DNA of 50,339 nt, the filler included, from Catajapyx aquilonaris (lineage: Eukaryota), in assembly GCA_000934665.2 (NCBI GenBank). It is 2 parts of 2 records of this genome, joined end to end, with 100 filler letters (N's around TTAATTAATTAA, not from the genome) between each part and the next. Parts side by side here need not be neighbours in the genome. Positions count along the whole stretch, not along the records: positions 1 to 25,124 come from JYFJ02005424.1; 1 more part is not named here. One strand, 5' to 3'. Under the pieces are notes generated by a model. That model saw nothing but the letters and a program-made list of their open reading frames with translations, did no database searches and was not told where the DNA came from. The translations under genes were made by a program, and so were the position numbers. Below, in pieces: positions 11,873-24,165 of this stretch (its first letter is position 1; each line of letters starts with the position of its first letter).

Positions 11873-12856
11873 TCCTTGCACTTTTACCGTACCGGTGCCC
11901 TACCCTTGCTACCTGCGACTCCTCCCTTACAATTTTGTACTGTTGCACATCCTCCCACTCCTCTACATCTCAACAATGGTTGCATAAAGCACAAGAACTA
12001 CTTTAAAAGGGGAACAAGCTTTATTTGAACTGAAATTTACATTTTTGGATATGTCACACATGAGGTACATTCACCATGCATGCATCACACTTTCATCGCA
12101 TAGATTTGAATGGAAGCTTTTTCCGAGGCCGGTGACTGAATTTTTAAGACGGTTTTTTAAAGCAGGCAGGGACGTTTAAAAGACGATGACCAGGCTGTAC
12201 GGGGTTTGTGCTATCCTTTTTTTAAAACTTGGCACAGCGCGAAATATACCGCATTTCTCGTCACATTTTGGCCAAATTTTGCAAACGACCATAATGTATT
12301 AATTATTACAAGAGGCGTTGCGTGCCTAAGAACTGTATGTCCACTTTGGTTCAAGAAATTGTTTTTCCAGTAGGGTATATTTGACCCCATTGGTCATTGT
12401 CAGTGGTGAGGTGGTTTCAAAGGATATATTGCACTATTTGCTTACCGGAGCGAAGGTGCCAAACATTTTGTGCAGGAAAGTACGCGTTGTTACACCTCCT
12501 TAACTTGCAAGTTTCTTCGTTCTCGGTTTTTTACTATACATTTTCATGACTTGAAGGTTGTGATAGATATGTCGATGAGGGAATTAAGATTTATGCAGTT
12601 TATAAGTTAGATGATTTCAATATAGAAACAAGAAAGCGGAATTCATTCCATAAAAATAATGAGCTCGTGAATTACATCTCTCTAGGTTTCCCCACAAGTG
12701 TACACCATAATTCCCAAGTGATTTCTCCCTTGAAATGGCACAATATAAATACACTTACTGTCTAGTTTGACATCGGTTTTTTTTGCCCTGAGCACCATAA
12801 GAACTCTATTGTTGGAATGAGTCAATAGTATTACACTACATCCGCTAACGCTGTGT

Positions 12857-12873
12857 CATCTGCTCAAGACTGA
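12857..12873 (+). promoter_or_regulatory. Conserved 17-nt element downstream of Rdl exon copy 2
   Basis: CATCTGCTCAAGACTGA, ~985 nt after the stop codon. Confidence 0.65.
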
Positions 12874-13320
12874 AGCCAAATAATAAGTGAAGAAAGCCTG
12901 AAAGTGCAAACAGTGGACTTCACCTTCTCAAAACAGTGATAATAACTGCCCCAAATTTCTTGAGTGTTGAATGTGTAATATTACATCTCAGAACTTTAAG
13001 CATGTTTGACCCTTTGATAATATGCCCAAAAATATGCGTGGTGTTCTGTCTATAGCATAGGCATTGCGATTATGCCTGAAACTTATTCCCCTCATCAATA
13101 TCGTCGCCATTCTAGAACAAGAAACAATACAAACGCGTTAATTGCTATTTTAAACAATCTGTTTTACGACAGTTGGTGCACCCGCAACACCGCAAAAGTA
13201 TGTGTTCAAACCATCGGACCAATACAGTAATTCAACAGCGATAATTTCTGCTTTCCTTGCTCGGGATTAAAAAGAAAAAAAGCATACAATAACTTCCCCT
13301 TTCCTCAGTGTACTTTAAAC

Positions 13321-13321
<1 letters not shown>

Positions 13322-13391
<70 letters not shown>
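13322..13391. repeat. (TTA)n microsatellite
   Basis: Direct reading. Confidence 0.95.
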
Positions 13392-14452
13392 GCAGTTATG
13401 AATACAAGAACGTAATTTAAGACCAGCCAAGTTCGGGTATACGCGGTGATCACAATTTACAAAAATCTTTATTAATATGATAGGCTACTACGTGTACTCA
13501 CTGAACCTGTTGTCCCATAAGACTGGTCGATTATGGCTTAGACCAAAATGTAATGTCGAAATCCAAGAGTTTTCTGGGACATGAGGTACATCGTACCGTA
13601 CAGAAAGGAAAAGGGAAGTCAAATTCATGTTGTGTAGATTTGTACTCTACCGTATGTTTTGTACAGTTAGGAAATGTTCTCCCCCCCCCTCCCCAATTCC
13701 CTCACTTCATAAACTCAATTAATTAGTTTTGTCTCGGCTTCCTAGCAATATTGTTATGTAAGAATACCGTAACGTATGCAATAGCAGATTTTGTAACCCT
13801 TCCCCCCTCCCCCCTCCCTACAAAAACCGACAAAAACCTATGTGTGTGTGTGATTTTAGACACTTGTCGAAGAAGACAGGAACAGTTGAAAGTGACTCTT
13901 GCGCGACTGATGAACAAAATTTTGTTAGGCCCAACCTCCCAATCTCACCTTACGCATCACACATATAAAGGCTCACATTTCCGCACGTGACACATGCAAA
14001 AAATACAACCAGTTACATTTTTCCATAAACATATCCTTCCATCTACATTATATGTTGACCAATTGCTTTTTTACAGTCGTGTAAAAATGGACCTGTGTGC
14101 CATAGGAACGCTGTGTACTGTTAAGTGGCAGTCGTTGTTTATTTGTTTTGGATCGCGCTGATTGGTTACCGCCAAAGTGAGCGACCGAATCGTTAATGCA
14201 CGGTGTAGGATCCTCATGTTTTAGGTGAAGAAAGAGTGTAAATACAAAGTGCTGAGAAATACACAAAATCTCTTTCTTATCACTTTTTTGTCTTCCACCT
14301 AGATAAAGATGCTTCACGATTTGATTTTACAGTGTTTCCGAATAATAACTTTTAGCTTGAAAGATGCACTGCTCTCTTGTACTTAATTTCGAGGAAGATT
14401 TTGCACTGGGTAAAAGATATGCCACGCAATACACACTCCGACTGTAGGCTTT

Positions 14453-14503
14453 CTTTGTCACTGCAGACTCCATCTTTTTTGTCACTGCAGACTCCATCTT
14501 TTT
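14453..14503. repeat. Short tandem duplication (tttgtcactgcagactccatcttt x2)
   Basis: Direct reading. Confidence 0.85.
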
Positions 14504-15342
14504 TCTCGTCATGGAGAATGATAGTATCCTGACTTTTGATTGGGTTACTCTCGAGAGAAGTGGAGTTGGCTGGTGCTAATAATCTTATCGTTTACATTAT
14601 GTCTCTGATTTGTGATATTTCTTTAACTGTGTCCAAAATCCAGGATCTGCTGCCACGGGCAAACTCTCTTATTCCTCAGAAACGGCCACCATTAAGAGTT
14701 ATGACGAGGATGTAATCATGAACTTATCATGTAAACATTGTATGCAACCAGCACAACCTATACTTTGTGCTCCTTCTAGTTGCTTATATTTAGAACTTGA
14801 TGAATATTCCTTAGCCTACTGATATATTCTACACTGCTTTTGCTCACTTCATGTCTTTGCGTCTTTCCTCATCAACCTTATTTCCACCAACACTAAATTG
14901 AGTCCGATCTCGAGAAGGTTGTCCGCCGAGTAGTGGTTGGTAGCAGTAGACATTGTTCTCACTGTCCAATCCGTTCCGCTCCTGGTGAATACCAGAGTTG
15001 GTCGCCTACATAAGGGACAAAAGTGGGGAGAATAGATGGAACATAGTTCACTTCATTCCAGGAGCAAATTTCAAACAAGCTCTCACACACGCACATGCAT
15101 ACATGCACCCACGCACGCACACAACATGGATCAGGTCAGGCCCTTCGAGCTGAGGACTATTCTACTATAAGCAACCTCTGGAGTTGACCAGATTATAATA
15201 TTAGGGGCCGGTTGCGTAATTGATAATAATTAATCATTCGGATATTAAATATCATTTAGCACCGTCCGCTGGACTAGTAGATGAGATGGTTCAGTAATAA
15301 AGCGCTGCTTAACTAAACAGATTTCCAATTTTCCACTCAAAT

Positions 15343-15463
15343 GAGGGGTGTGGTGGAAAAAGGTGATAACCATCATTTGTGACATTTTTGACCTAAACAC
15401 CTAGCAACTATGTAAAAAACGTGACAAACAGTTTGGTATACTCCAAGTTCAAGTATCATATAC

Positions 15464-15501
<38 letters not shown>

Positions 15502-15646
15502 GTGTGTGTGTGTGTGTGTGTGTATGTATACTAGACGGCCACACGGACTAGAACATTCTCTATGATTTAAGATAATGCAAACTTAAATTCGTTCTCCTGA
15601 AAAATTAGACCTTTGTGGGTTATCACGTTTTTCCACCACACCCCTC
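15343..15646. mobile_element. Sola-like MITE containing a (TA)n(TG)n microsatellite
   Basis: TIRs gaggggtgtggtggaaaaaggtgataacc / ggttatcacgtttttccaccacacccctc; 4-bp TSD aaat on both sides; GAG…CTC termini. Confidence 0.7.
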
Positions 15647-15995
15647 AAATGGCAAACCAACTTCTACACCAGGCAATGCGCATTTTTAACAATGCTAGCT
15701 TTTTGTTCGGAAAAAAAATAGTTGTGCCCAATTCTAGAGCTGTTTAAAATGTGCACTGCAGTTGCACTGTATAGTTTGGCTTTTCATTTTATGTGGAAAT
15801 ATGTGAGAAACGGACGTAAGTTCACCTAACTGCAGCTGGACTTTTATAAAAAATACAATATTGAGTGTGCATCCTGTGGAGTTATAAAGGAACATCCAGC
15901 TAAATTCAAATGGATAGCCTAGTTGGACGCTAAGAGAGGCTATTTCTCCTATTGTGATGTCTTTTGAATTAAAGCATTCCATGGCCTACTTGTAA

Positions 15996-16076
15996 TTTGA
16001 GATATGTTGGGTAAACCGGGCAAAACCCTTGTCGTAGTGACAAGGGTTTTGCCCGGTTTACCCAACATATCTCAAA
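15996..16076. repeat. Perfect hairpin, 38-bp stem and 5-nt loop
   Basis: tttgagatatgttgggtaaaccgggcaaaacccttgtc-gtagt-gacaagggttttgcccggtttacccaacatatctcaaa. Confidence 0.9.
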
Positions 16077-17233
16077 CAAAAGGATTGAGCGAAAGGGAGT
16101 TATGCGCGATATCCTGCTGCTTATTATAAAAATCCAGCTACAGCAAGTGAGCCCAGGCAGTCGCCCCCATCTTTGTTGCACATTCAGATAACGAAAATTT
16201 CAGACCACAACTGACTTTCCGAAAAATACATGGTATTGATGAACTCCACCGATGTTTTCTTAACTATTCTTTTTGGGTAATATTTTTATTGGCCCAAGAA
16301 GTAATCAAAAGTGTTGGAAAGCCGTCCGTAGACTATAGGCAAATTCAAAGGTCCTTGTTTGCGTGATATCAGATAATCTATGCCTAACTTCAGGTACCGT
16401 AGACATCATTCTCTCAGAGCTGCTTCATAAAACTGGAAATTCAAGTATTTCTCCTCTTTGACACCTCCCCCCCCCCCTTTCCCCCTGCACTCCTCAGTTT
16501 GTCAGGGGAGCTCATAAACACCATTATGAACTGTAAAAAGGTGCATGGGCAACTTAATGCCAAGTGCGTTCTAGTCGGCGCTTCGTGCCGGGTTATGAAC
16601 ATGTGCATGGGTGGGCAACATAATTTTGCGGGGCACATGAACCGAATTATGGGTAATTTCCAGCGATGGACACCATTCATTTCAAAATGAATTATTTACC
16701 TTTGTTAAGGACTCATGCCCTTTTCATAAAAGAGTACGTTCAGCGTCCGCACGGCCACTATCAACAATTGGATTATCTATATTCACCTGATATTCATTTA
16801 CTTCCATTTCCCTTTTGCGTCAATTCCAATCATCTGAATATACTGGATGAGCTTCACAAGCATTCATTCCTATTTGAAATTTGCACCTACAGTATTCCAT
16901 GACCTTATAAATCCACTTCCATTATTTTGTCAGTTTGGCTTAATTCGGAATGAATATAATATTATATTCGGAATTGAATGGTAGCGTCACTGGTTTTCAT
17001 ATAGTGGTCAAAATATGATGGCATGGACTGGAAGCCAGAGAAGCATAGGAGCAGGGCGGACTCGGCAGTGGGAACAAGCTTAATCCAGTCTTTCGCCTAG
17101 CTGAGCCGTATCCGGATTGCCGTCCAAGCCAGTACGACGGTTATCAACTGCTTCTCTACTCAAGGCTGCAAGAACAATGTTATAATGTACAGTGTACCCA
17201 ATCAATGTTTCTAATATGATTTCTCTCGTACAG

Positions 17234-17548
17234 GAGGTCCGGTTCAAGGCTTATGACAACAAAGCTCACTCGAAGGGAGGTACACTGGAAAATACAGTGA
17301 ACGCATCCCGTGGTCCGCCCCCTCCCCCGCCCCCGCCTCCAGCAGCAGACGAAGAGGCAGCGGAGAAACCCCCGGACAAGAAGTTGAACAAACTGTTCGG
17401 GATCACTCCAGCGGACATCGACATGTACTCGCGAGTCATGTTCCCGGTCTTTTTCGTCTGCTTCCAGCTCATGTACTGGATTATCTACCTGCACATCAGC
17501 GACGTCGTAGCCGATGATCTCGTCTTGCTCAATGCTGAGGAATCTTAA
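17234..17548 (+). CDS. Rdl: RDL terminal coding exon copy 3 (polyproline loop; 104 aa)
   Basis: Acceptor atttctctcgtacag|[107 protein letters not shown]. Confidence 0.93.
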   Translation, partial: EVRFKAYDNKAHSKGGTLENTVNASRGPPPPPPPPPAADEEAAEKPPDKKLNKLFGITPADIDMYSRVMFPVFFVCFQLMYWIIYLHISDVVADDLVLLNAEES

Positions 17549-19569
17549 TTCCATCACTTCCTCCACATTTTGTAATCGATCCATCTTTCATAAACCAAAT
17601 CCTACCCCCACTCCTACCCCAATTGCAATAACCTTATTCCCACCAACAAAAGCGTACACTTAAACACTATGTACATGAAGTGATGTTTTCCGTAAATATC
17701 AGAATGCACCGTGAATCTAGTCACCGATCAAAAATGTTCTAGAGTGAGAATCATGAACAATGCATATGGCGATGTGTAGGCAGCAGAAGTGACCTCAGGT
17801 ACAGGGAGTGTCGAAAAGTCATAATCCAGAAAAAAATCTTTATAGATCATTCTTAAAATATAAATCCATGTTTCCTATTACAAGGTGGCGTCAAAAAAAG
17901 ACTATTCCTGGGGCATATACAGAGGTTGACGAGTGACTAAGCTTCTTCATCCAATGATTAAGAGCGGCAGTGGCGCCTTATTTGCCACCTCCCTTTCCCC
18001 AACCCCCACCTGGGATACTGCTACAACCACTTGTGCTGGCAGTTACTGCAATTCGGTTCTCCACGCAACCCTTCATTCACTCCATTGAAATTTTCCCAAT
18101 GACAGAAATGAAGTGAACGACGCTGCATGGACAAATTAGGAAGTGAAGAGCAGTGCCGCACATTTATACCAGTCTCCCAGGTGGGGGATCAAATCTCCAG
18201 TCGAGACTGACGCTCTTGACGGATGACTATTTATTCCGGAGTCTACCATATCGTCAGCCAAGATATAAAACCGAGCACAACACCCATACAATAAATTGCC
18301 CCATGAATTTTCCCTGCCGCTAGACGTCAAAATTTTGAGGCCTACAAATTGTTTAGTAGTACGTGCAGGATATGTGATTGCATTTAAAATAAAACCATTC
18401 ACTACCCCCTCCCCCTCCAAAACACTTCATATTACACTAGTTAGCTAACTTTTGGAACTGGAATGAATTCATAAGTGAATAATAGTTTGAGACGTCATAT
18501 TGAGCTTCAGTTCTTCCCTTTTTAAGATAGATGAAAATGTAGGAGTTTATCGGAAAATTTATTAGTTTTTCTTCCAACTTTAACGCTCATATTTTGCCTC
18601 ACGAGCCATTTGTAACCATCATTCATAATAATATTACAACTACGACTTAAATGCACATAAAAGAAGAGCACATCACATGATGGTTCGTGCCAGTTAAAAT
18701 ACACCTGGTGCACAGAGTTTATAGTTTGGCTCCTGAAAAGTATTGTGTAGAGATAAGGTGCCCGAACGTGTTTTGCACATTTGTAGCGCACGCTGTCGCT
18801 ATAATCATTATGTAATATAACATTAACTGTTATTTGTTGCACGCTCTTCAGCTCCTAGCGAATGACAGAATAACAGTTCGTTTTGTGTCATATGATGATC
18901 ACGTTCAGAAGTCAATGATGCATGGCAGGTGCGTTATTTTCAGTTGAAACATGCGTTCACGTTAGTAAAAATCATTCAAATATAATCTATCTTTAGAATA
19001 AGCCCCATAAATTCACAAATCATTCTAAACCGACAGAAACTGTTGTAGGTTTTGTAGCTTTAATATAACTTTATTATTGTTTTATTTTTATTTTTATTAA
19101 CAAGAACAACAACAACAATGAGTAACATTCTACGTCTCTAAAACGTGATCGCTGTAACTATTCTTGCACAAACAAATGTGCCAAACAAATTGCAGGCAAA
19201 TGCTTGTAGCACATTGAAGAACTATAATAACTGCATCAATTAGCCATTTATTTTCATGTGGTGCGTCCGGACGTGACTCCATATTCCAAAATGTGATATA
19301 ATTGAGCTAAAATAATTAGATTTTTAAATATCGCCAATTTTTTGTTCAACTTGTTAGTCATTCTGCTGCTATTTTCTCTCGCCAAAAATTACAACTCATT
19401 ACAAAACAACGCATCCTATAATACCCCACAGCCATACTTACCATGATCTTCCTTATGCAGATTAATATCCCCAAGTATTACTACTACCAGACTTATGTTA
19501 GATATATACTTCTAATATTAAGAATAGAAGTACAGATGTAAATGGAAGTGTATACTACCGCCTTGATGG

Positions 19570-19586
19570 CATCTGCTCAAGACTGA
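19570..19586 (+). promoter_or_regulatory. Conserved 17-nt element downstream of Rdl exon copy 3
   Basis: CATCTGCTCAAGACTGA; the upstream context agtgtatactaccgccttgatgg aligns with copy-1 agtgtaaactactgccaacaatgg. Confidence 0.65.
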
Positions 19587-19670
19587 CATAAAACACAAAA
19601 AAGTGATGCAAGTGTTACACCTCTCAAGAGACCTATAGAAAGCATTTCATTTCCTCCTTTTTAGAAACTA

Positions 19671-19831
19671 CAGCCGTTGAACCAAAGAACTATATTACGT
19701 CACGTTCAGCCCACCTCCACCAGGTTCTTTCCTCCTATCACGTCCCCGAATCGCTCTGCAAGCATTCTACTGCGCATGCTCAGAAAACATGGATGGTGTG
19801 ACGTCATATCGTTCTTTGGTTTAACAAACTG
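19671..19831. mobile_element. Small MITE with TA TSD
   Basis: cagccgttgaaccaaagaactatattacgtcac … gtgacgtcatatcgttctttggtttaacaaactg, flanked by TA. Confidence 0.65.
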
Positions 19832-20267
19832 TATCTGCAATAAATTATTGTGAGAATTTCTTTAGAATTGTACGTGCGACGGTTATAAAACTTACTCTGT
19901 TACTTGGAAACGTTATCGTTGCACGTTAACGAAAATGCATGTAACTTATTGTTAGTTACTAGCTGTATATTTTGTTCTGTATAAAAGTTCATTTGCATAC
20001 CGGGAGAAGTACTGGCGGGGATTTGCAAATTTATATTGGCCATTAATTTATAAATTAATGAAACCACATTGACATTGTGGGCCTTGTCACGAATACAAAA
20101 ACACATTTGTACTGCCACGATTGCATTTGGTCATATACATATTGTTGCATTTCTGAAAACAGTAATTAGCATGTCCAAATATCCAAAGAGTATACTTTGT
20201 TCAGAATGTCACTTTTTATGCTCGTTATAACAGTGGGCCTAGTAATAATCCTTATATTGCTCTATAC

Positions 20268-20433
20268 CAGGGGTTCTGAACCTGGGGTGCCCCTGGGGGT
20301 GCGAGCAAGGTGCACCCCTGGACTTATTCTAACTATGAACTTAACCAATCACGCCTGGCAGGGGGGAGGGTGTGCGACAGGGACCGACTGTCTTCAAAGG
20401 GGTGCGGAGGCCCGAAAAGGTTGAGAATCCCTG
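20268..20433. mobile_element. hAT-family MITE
   Basis: TIRs caggggttctgaacct / aggttgagaatccctg; perfect 8-bp TSD ctctatac (20260-20267, 20434-20441). Confidence 0.85.
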
Positions 20434-20956
20434 CTCTATACTGAGCTGAGTCCTCCTATTTTGACACACTAATTTTAACGGGCAAATGGGGTGATAATTG
20501 TCGACAAAGAATATGCAATGTGGATTACTCGACTATGACTAGTGCAGAAAAGGCAGCATTATAACAACTATAACTGAAAAATTTAAATAGTAAGTACCAG
20601 TGCTTCACTTGTGAATTATCGATAATAATGTGATTGGCTCAGATAATTTCAGGCAAAAATTATGATTAGAATAATTCCTGCAACACCGAACAAAAAATAA
20701 TGCCCATGGTATGCTGCTTTAACGTAACTGAAGTACAGTGTAAATGCTGACCTACCGTCTGATTTTATTGGTATACATTCTCTGCGCCACAACGTAAAAA
20801 ATATGACAACGTACGCAATTCATAGGTTGCTAATGTGTGAATTTTTGTAAGTAATGATTTTCTGTCACTGCTTCATATTTAGTTCCCAGGATATGTGTTC
20901 CTTAATCAGAATAATTATGTGTGCGTCGTTCTATATTGTCAGAAATCTATTATAAA

Positions 20957-20959
<3 letters not shown>

Positions 20960-20998
<39 letters not shown>
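20960..20998. repeat. (AG)n microsatellite
   Basis: Direct reading. Confidence 0.95.
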
Positions 20999-21002
<4 letters not shown>

Positions 21003-21996
21003 CTGTGACGCAATGAGAAGAAAACGAATTCAAAAGTGAAGTGAGAGCAACGTACTTTTTCTACGTATGGACCGATGAGTGGCTGTGATGATTCCATAAA
21101 GAAGCTGACAAAGAGGTACTGCTGTTGTTACGAGAGAAAGCGAGAATTCAAGTGCGTTTATGTCGCTGGCCAAACATTTTGTTGGACTCGGCCTCACTTC
21201 AAAACCAAATCCTCGTCTTGCAATAAGACACGCCCAGAATACATTTACCACACCTTTTATCCTGCTTCCATAAAAAATAAACAAAATAACCTCCCGAATA
21301 AAGGTTGATTTAACAACGATTCTTTATGACTTAGAGAAGTAAGGGTAATTGCAGCAATTATACGGTAGAAACTACTCGCGTGTTATTTTAGGATCGGAAT
21401 GAAATTGTAACTACAGTATAATAATATCTTCCAATAAAAGGGTTGCGTTTTCATTACGTGGAAAGCCCGTATTCATTATTAGTTAGACAATCATTCGTGT
21501 AAGCTTATATTATATTCATTTATATTGGGTTAAAGGGGGTCGGTGGGTAGATCAGAAATTCTTTTTATGCTACAGCGTATATTTTCAAAGTCATTATTTC
21601 ATCTTCTACTTGTGATAGAGCTTTTCTGTTTTGGTTGTCCTTAGTATGATACAGTATTTTCCTATTGAACTGCATTCTCGAATTACTGACAAAATGGCTT
21701 CAGAAATCCTCTAAAACACTTAATCGATTAATTATTAATCAACTTTATTTAACCTCGCTACTGCACTCCAGTTATACAGGACGATAACTTGTGAAATACA
21801 CAAGGTTGTAACAACTGCTGCACTTCAAACCTTCTTCAGTAACTACTTACCTTGGCTTTCAATCTTCACACAAAACAAAAATTATTCAGCCAAGTGACTT
21901 ACTTGCACAGTTTGGAAAGTGTTTAGAATCATGAATCATTCGGATCATCAATTTCGAAACATGAAGGTCTTTCAACCGTAAATGATCATAATACAA

Positions 21997-22112
21997 GGGG
22001 GTAACCACTTCGGTACTCCGGTGTAGACACATGCAATGGTACTCCCAGGTACTCCTTGGTACTCCCTGAATTTGATACTCCAGTGCACACTTTTCAGTCG
22101 AGTGGTTACCCA
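21997..22112. mobile_element. Small TIR element with ggtactcc subrepeats
   Basis: gggtaaccact … agtggttaccc termini; internal ggtactcc repeated about four times. Confidence 0.45.
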
Positions 22113-22571
22113 CATATCATAATATCATATCCCTACTGAAATAAACCTTTTCGGAACGAGGCTCTGCCCGCCTCAAACAGGTTTAAATGATACTATACCG
22201 TACCCATAATACTGTATCTACGTAGCTAACATTTTACAAGCAGAGCATGGGAAGGCCTCTAGAAATAGTACAACAGGAGCGACAACGGACGTGTGCGTCT
22301 CATAATATGAGAGCATACTAGCACCATCAAGAAACTGGGTGGGTTTATCCTGCGAGTTAGATCTACCGCCAGTCAACAGAGCCACTTGGGCTGCCCTCAA
22401 TACTCAGGATAACTCAGGTAAATCAACCTATTTGTGCCCCCCATTTTTCTCGCCCAATTTATGACCGCCTATGGAAGAACTTAAATAACAAGAATTCCAA
22501 AATGTAGCATAGTAATTAACCACTTTGGAAGCACTTCCTATCTTTATTTAACAACATGTAGTGAGGTGAAG

Positions 22572-23401
22572 CAGGGCCACCTAGAGACAAGGCCGGGGCG
22601 CGGGAACGGGTGGATCGCTGTGACGTCACGCTAGGGGGCTAGCTTTTCCATAAGCGGGCTATGGCGGGAGCACGTTTTTGTACACATTTCAGCGAATTTC
22701 GTCATACCAATGCATCGGAGGCCCATGACACTCTCTAATTGATGTCAGGGAAAGAATGTGGGGATTCCAACGGCACCAAATTCGATTTAGTATGTGTGCA
22801 ATGTGTCTGCATATTCGGCGACATATAAGACGAAGGATGTCAGGCATGAGGAAGAAGTGCAGGAATAATTAATAACAGTGGGGTTTTAAATTATAAAGTA
22901 TTAATTTTAATATTATTTCATATTTCCTATTTTGCGGAAAGAGTCCAAACGTAACATGCAAGTTATACTCATAAGCATTGAACCAAAATTAGCACATTAC
23001 ACAACATAATACCATTTAGCTCTTGATAATTACATACAGTACATACCCAACACTTGTAGACCAATTGTACAACAATTTTGTAGACCAGTGTTATCTAAAT
23101 CAGAGTGGATAATTTCGAGGGAATAAGTGATTGACATCTGGACGAAGGACAGCTGGGTTCTCCCCCACCATTTACTACTGTCAAACAAAAACATGTGCGA
23201 TTTTTTCACATCGTTGGAATCACCAAATCATTCCCCAGATATCAATTAGAGGGTGTTATGATCCTCGGATGCATTGGCATGAAAATAATAGAGAAAACGT
23301 GTACAAAAATGTGCTCCCGCCATAGTCCGCTTACGGAGGAGCTCGCCCCCTAGCGTGACGTCATGATTGCGGCGCCCGGGCCTTGTCTCTAGGTGGCCCT
23401 G
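22572..23401. mobile_element. Non-autonomous TIR transposon (830 bp), P/Galileo-like by TSD length
   Basis: ~115-bp imperfect TIRs starting cagggccacctagagacaaggcc; exact 7-bp TSD ggtgaag (22565-22571, 23402-23408). Confidence 0.8.
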
Positions 23402-24165
23402 GGTGAAGGTCAGTGGTGAATTGGTTATCAAGAAATAAATGAGACTGTCAAGTGCTGCACAGCCACAGTGTAATATGGGGAGAAAAGTCGTTTCGAAATT
23501 TTTTACACGTTTATTTTAAAATGGGGAAACAGTTTGAAGGTTACAATTATTAGTAATTGAAGATGTCCTTTTCCTCTTTTGAATGTTTGTTCTGATCGTA
23601 CCGATGCATTTAAAGCAGGGTTGTGAACCGAAACGAACCCTTGTTCCGTGAACCCGATAACATTGAACCCGCTCCGGAGCAGTAGAGTCGGGTTCGGAGC
23701 GAGCGTCGGAACTGGGTACGCGTTCAAGCAGGTTCAGGAGGAGAGTGGAGGTGGAGCCAAGGTCGGAGCGGGTTCGGGGTTCGGTTCAGGCCAACGGGTT
23801 CGGAGCGTTTCAGAGCTTGGTTAGGTAGCCTACAACATACCAACCCAACAGGGGGAAAGGCAGTAAAACCGCTGGATTTACCCCAGAGTATGCATCATGT
23901 TTTCATGGTGGGAGAATGACATTTCCAAGCACCCGCACAGGGTGTACCGCAAACGTCACATTTTGATGTCATGCGCATTTTTGTATGCCACAATATGTCA
24001 TACGCATTTTTTATATGTTACAATAATATGATATTGCAACATACCAAAAATGCGTAAGACAAAAATGTGATACAACGAATTTGAGGTCAATTTTCTCAGT
24101 GTAGGACCGAGCCGATTTTTAAGTTACATGTCTTAAAAGAAGCGTCTCTCCATGCTTGACCAAGA

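Noticed and set aside
6605..17233. Three complete tandem Rdl genes
   Set aside because: No Cys-loop or M1-M3 coding sequence was seen between the copies by eye or in the ORF track. Disfavoured rather than excluded until tBLASTn is run.
6317..17548. Assigning the repeated exon to GluCl or pHCl
   Set aside because: EVRFK…[11 protein letters not shown]…[22 protein letters not shown]…DDLVLL is the RDL C-terminus; GluCl and pHCl end differently.
6317..17548. Uncollapsed haplotypes or an assembly stutter as the origin of the three exons
   Set aside because: The copies differ by many substitutions and in-frame indels and their flanks are barely alignable, far beyond allelic divergence.
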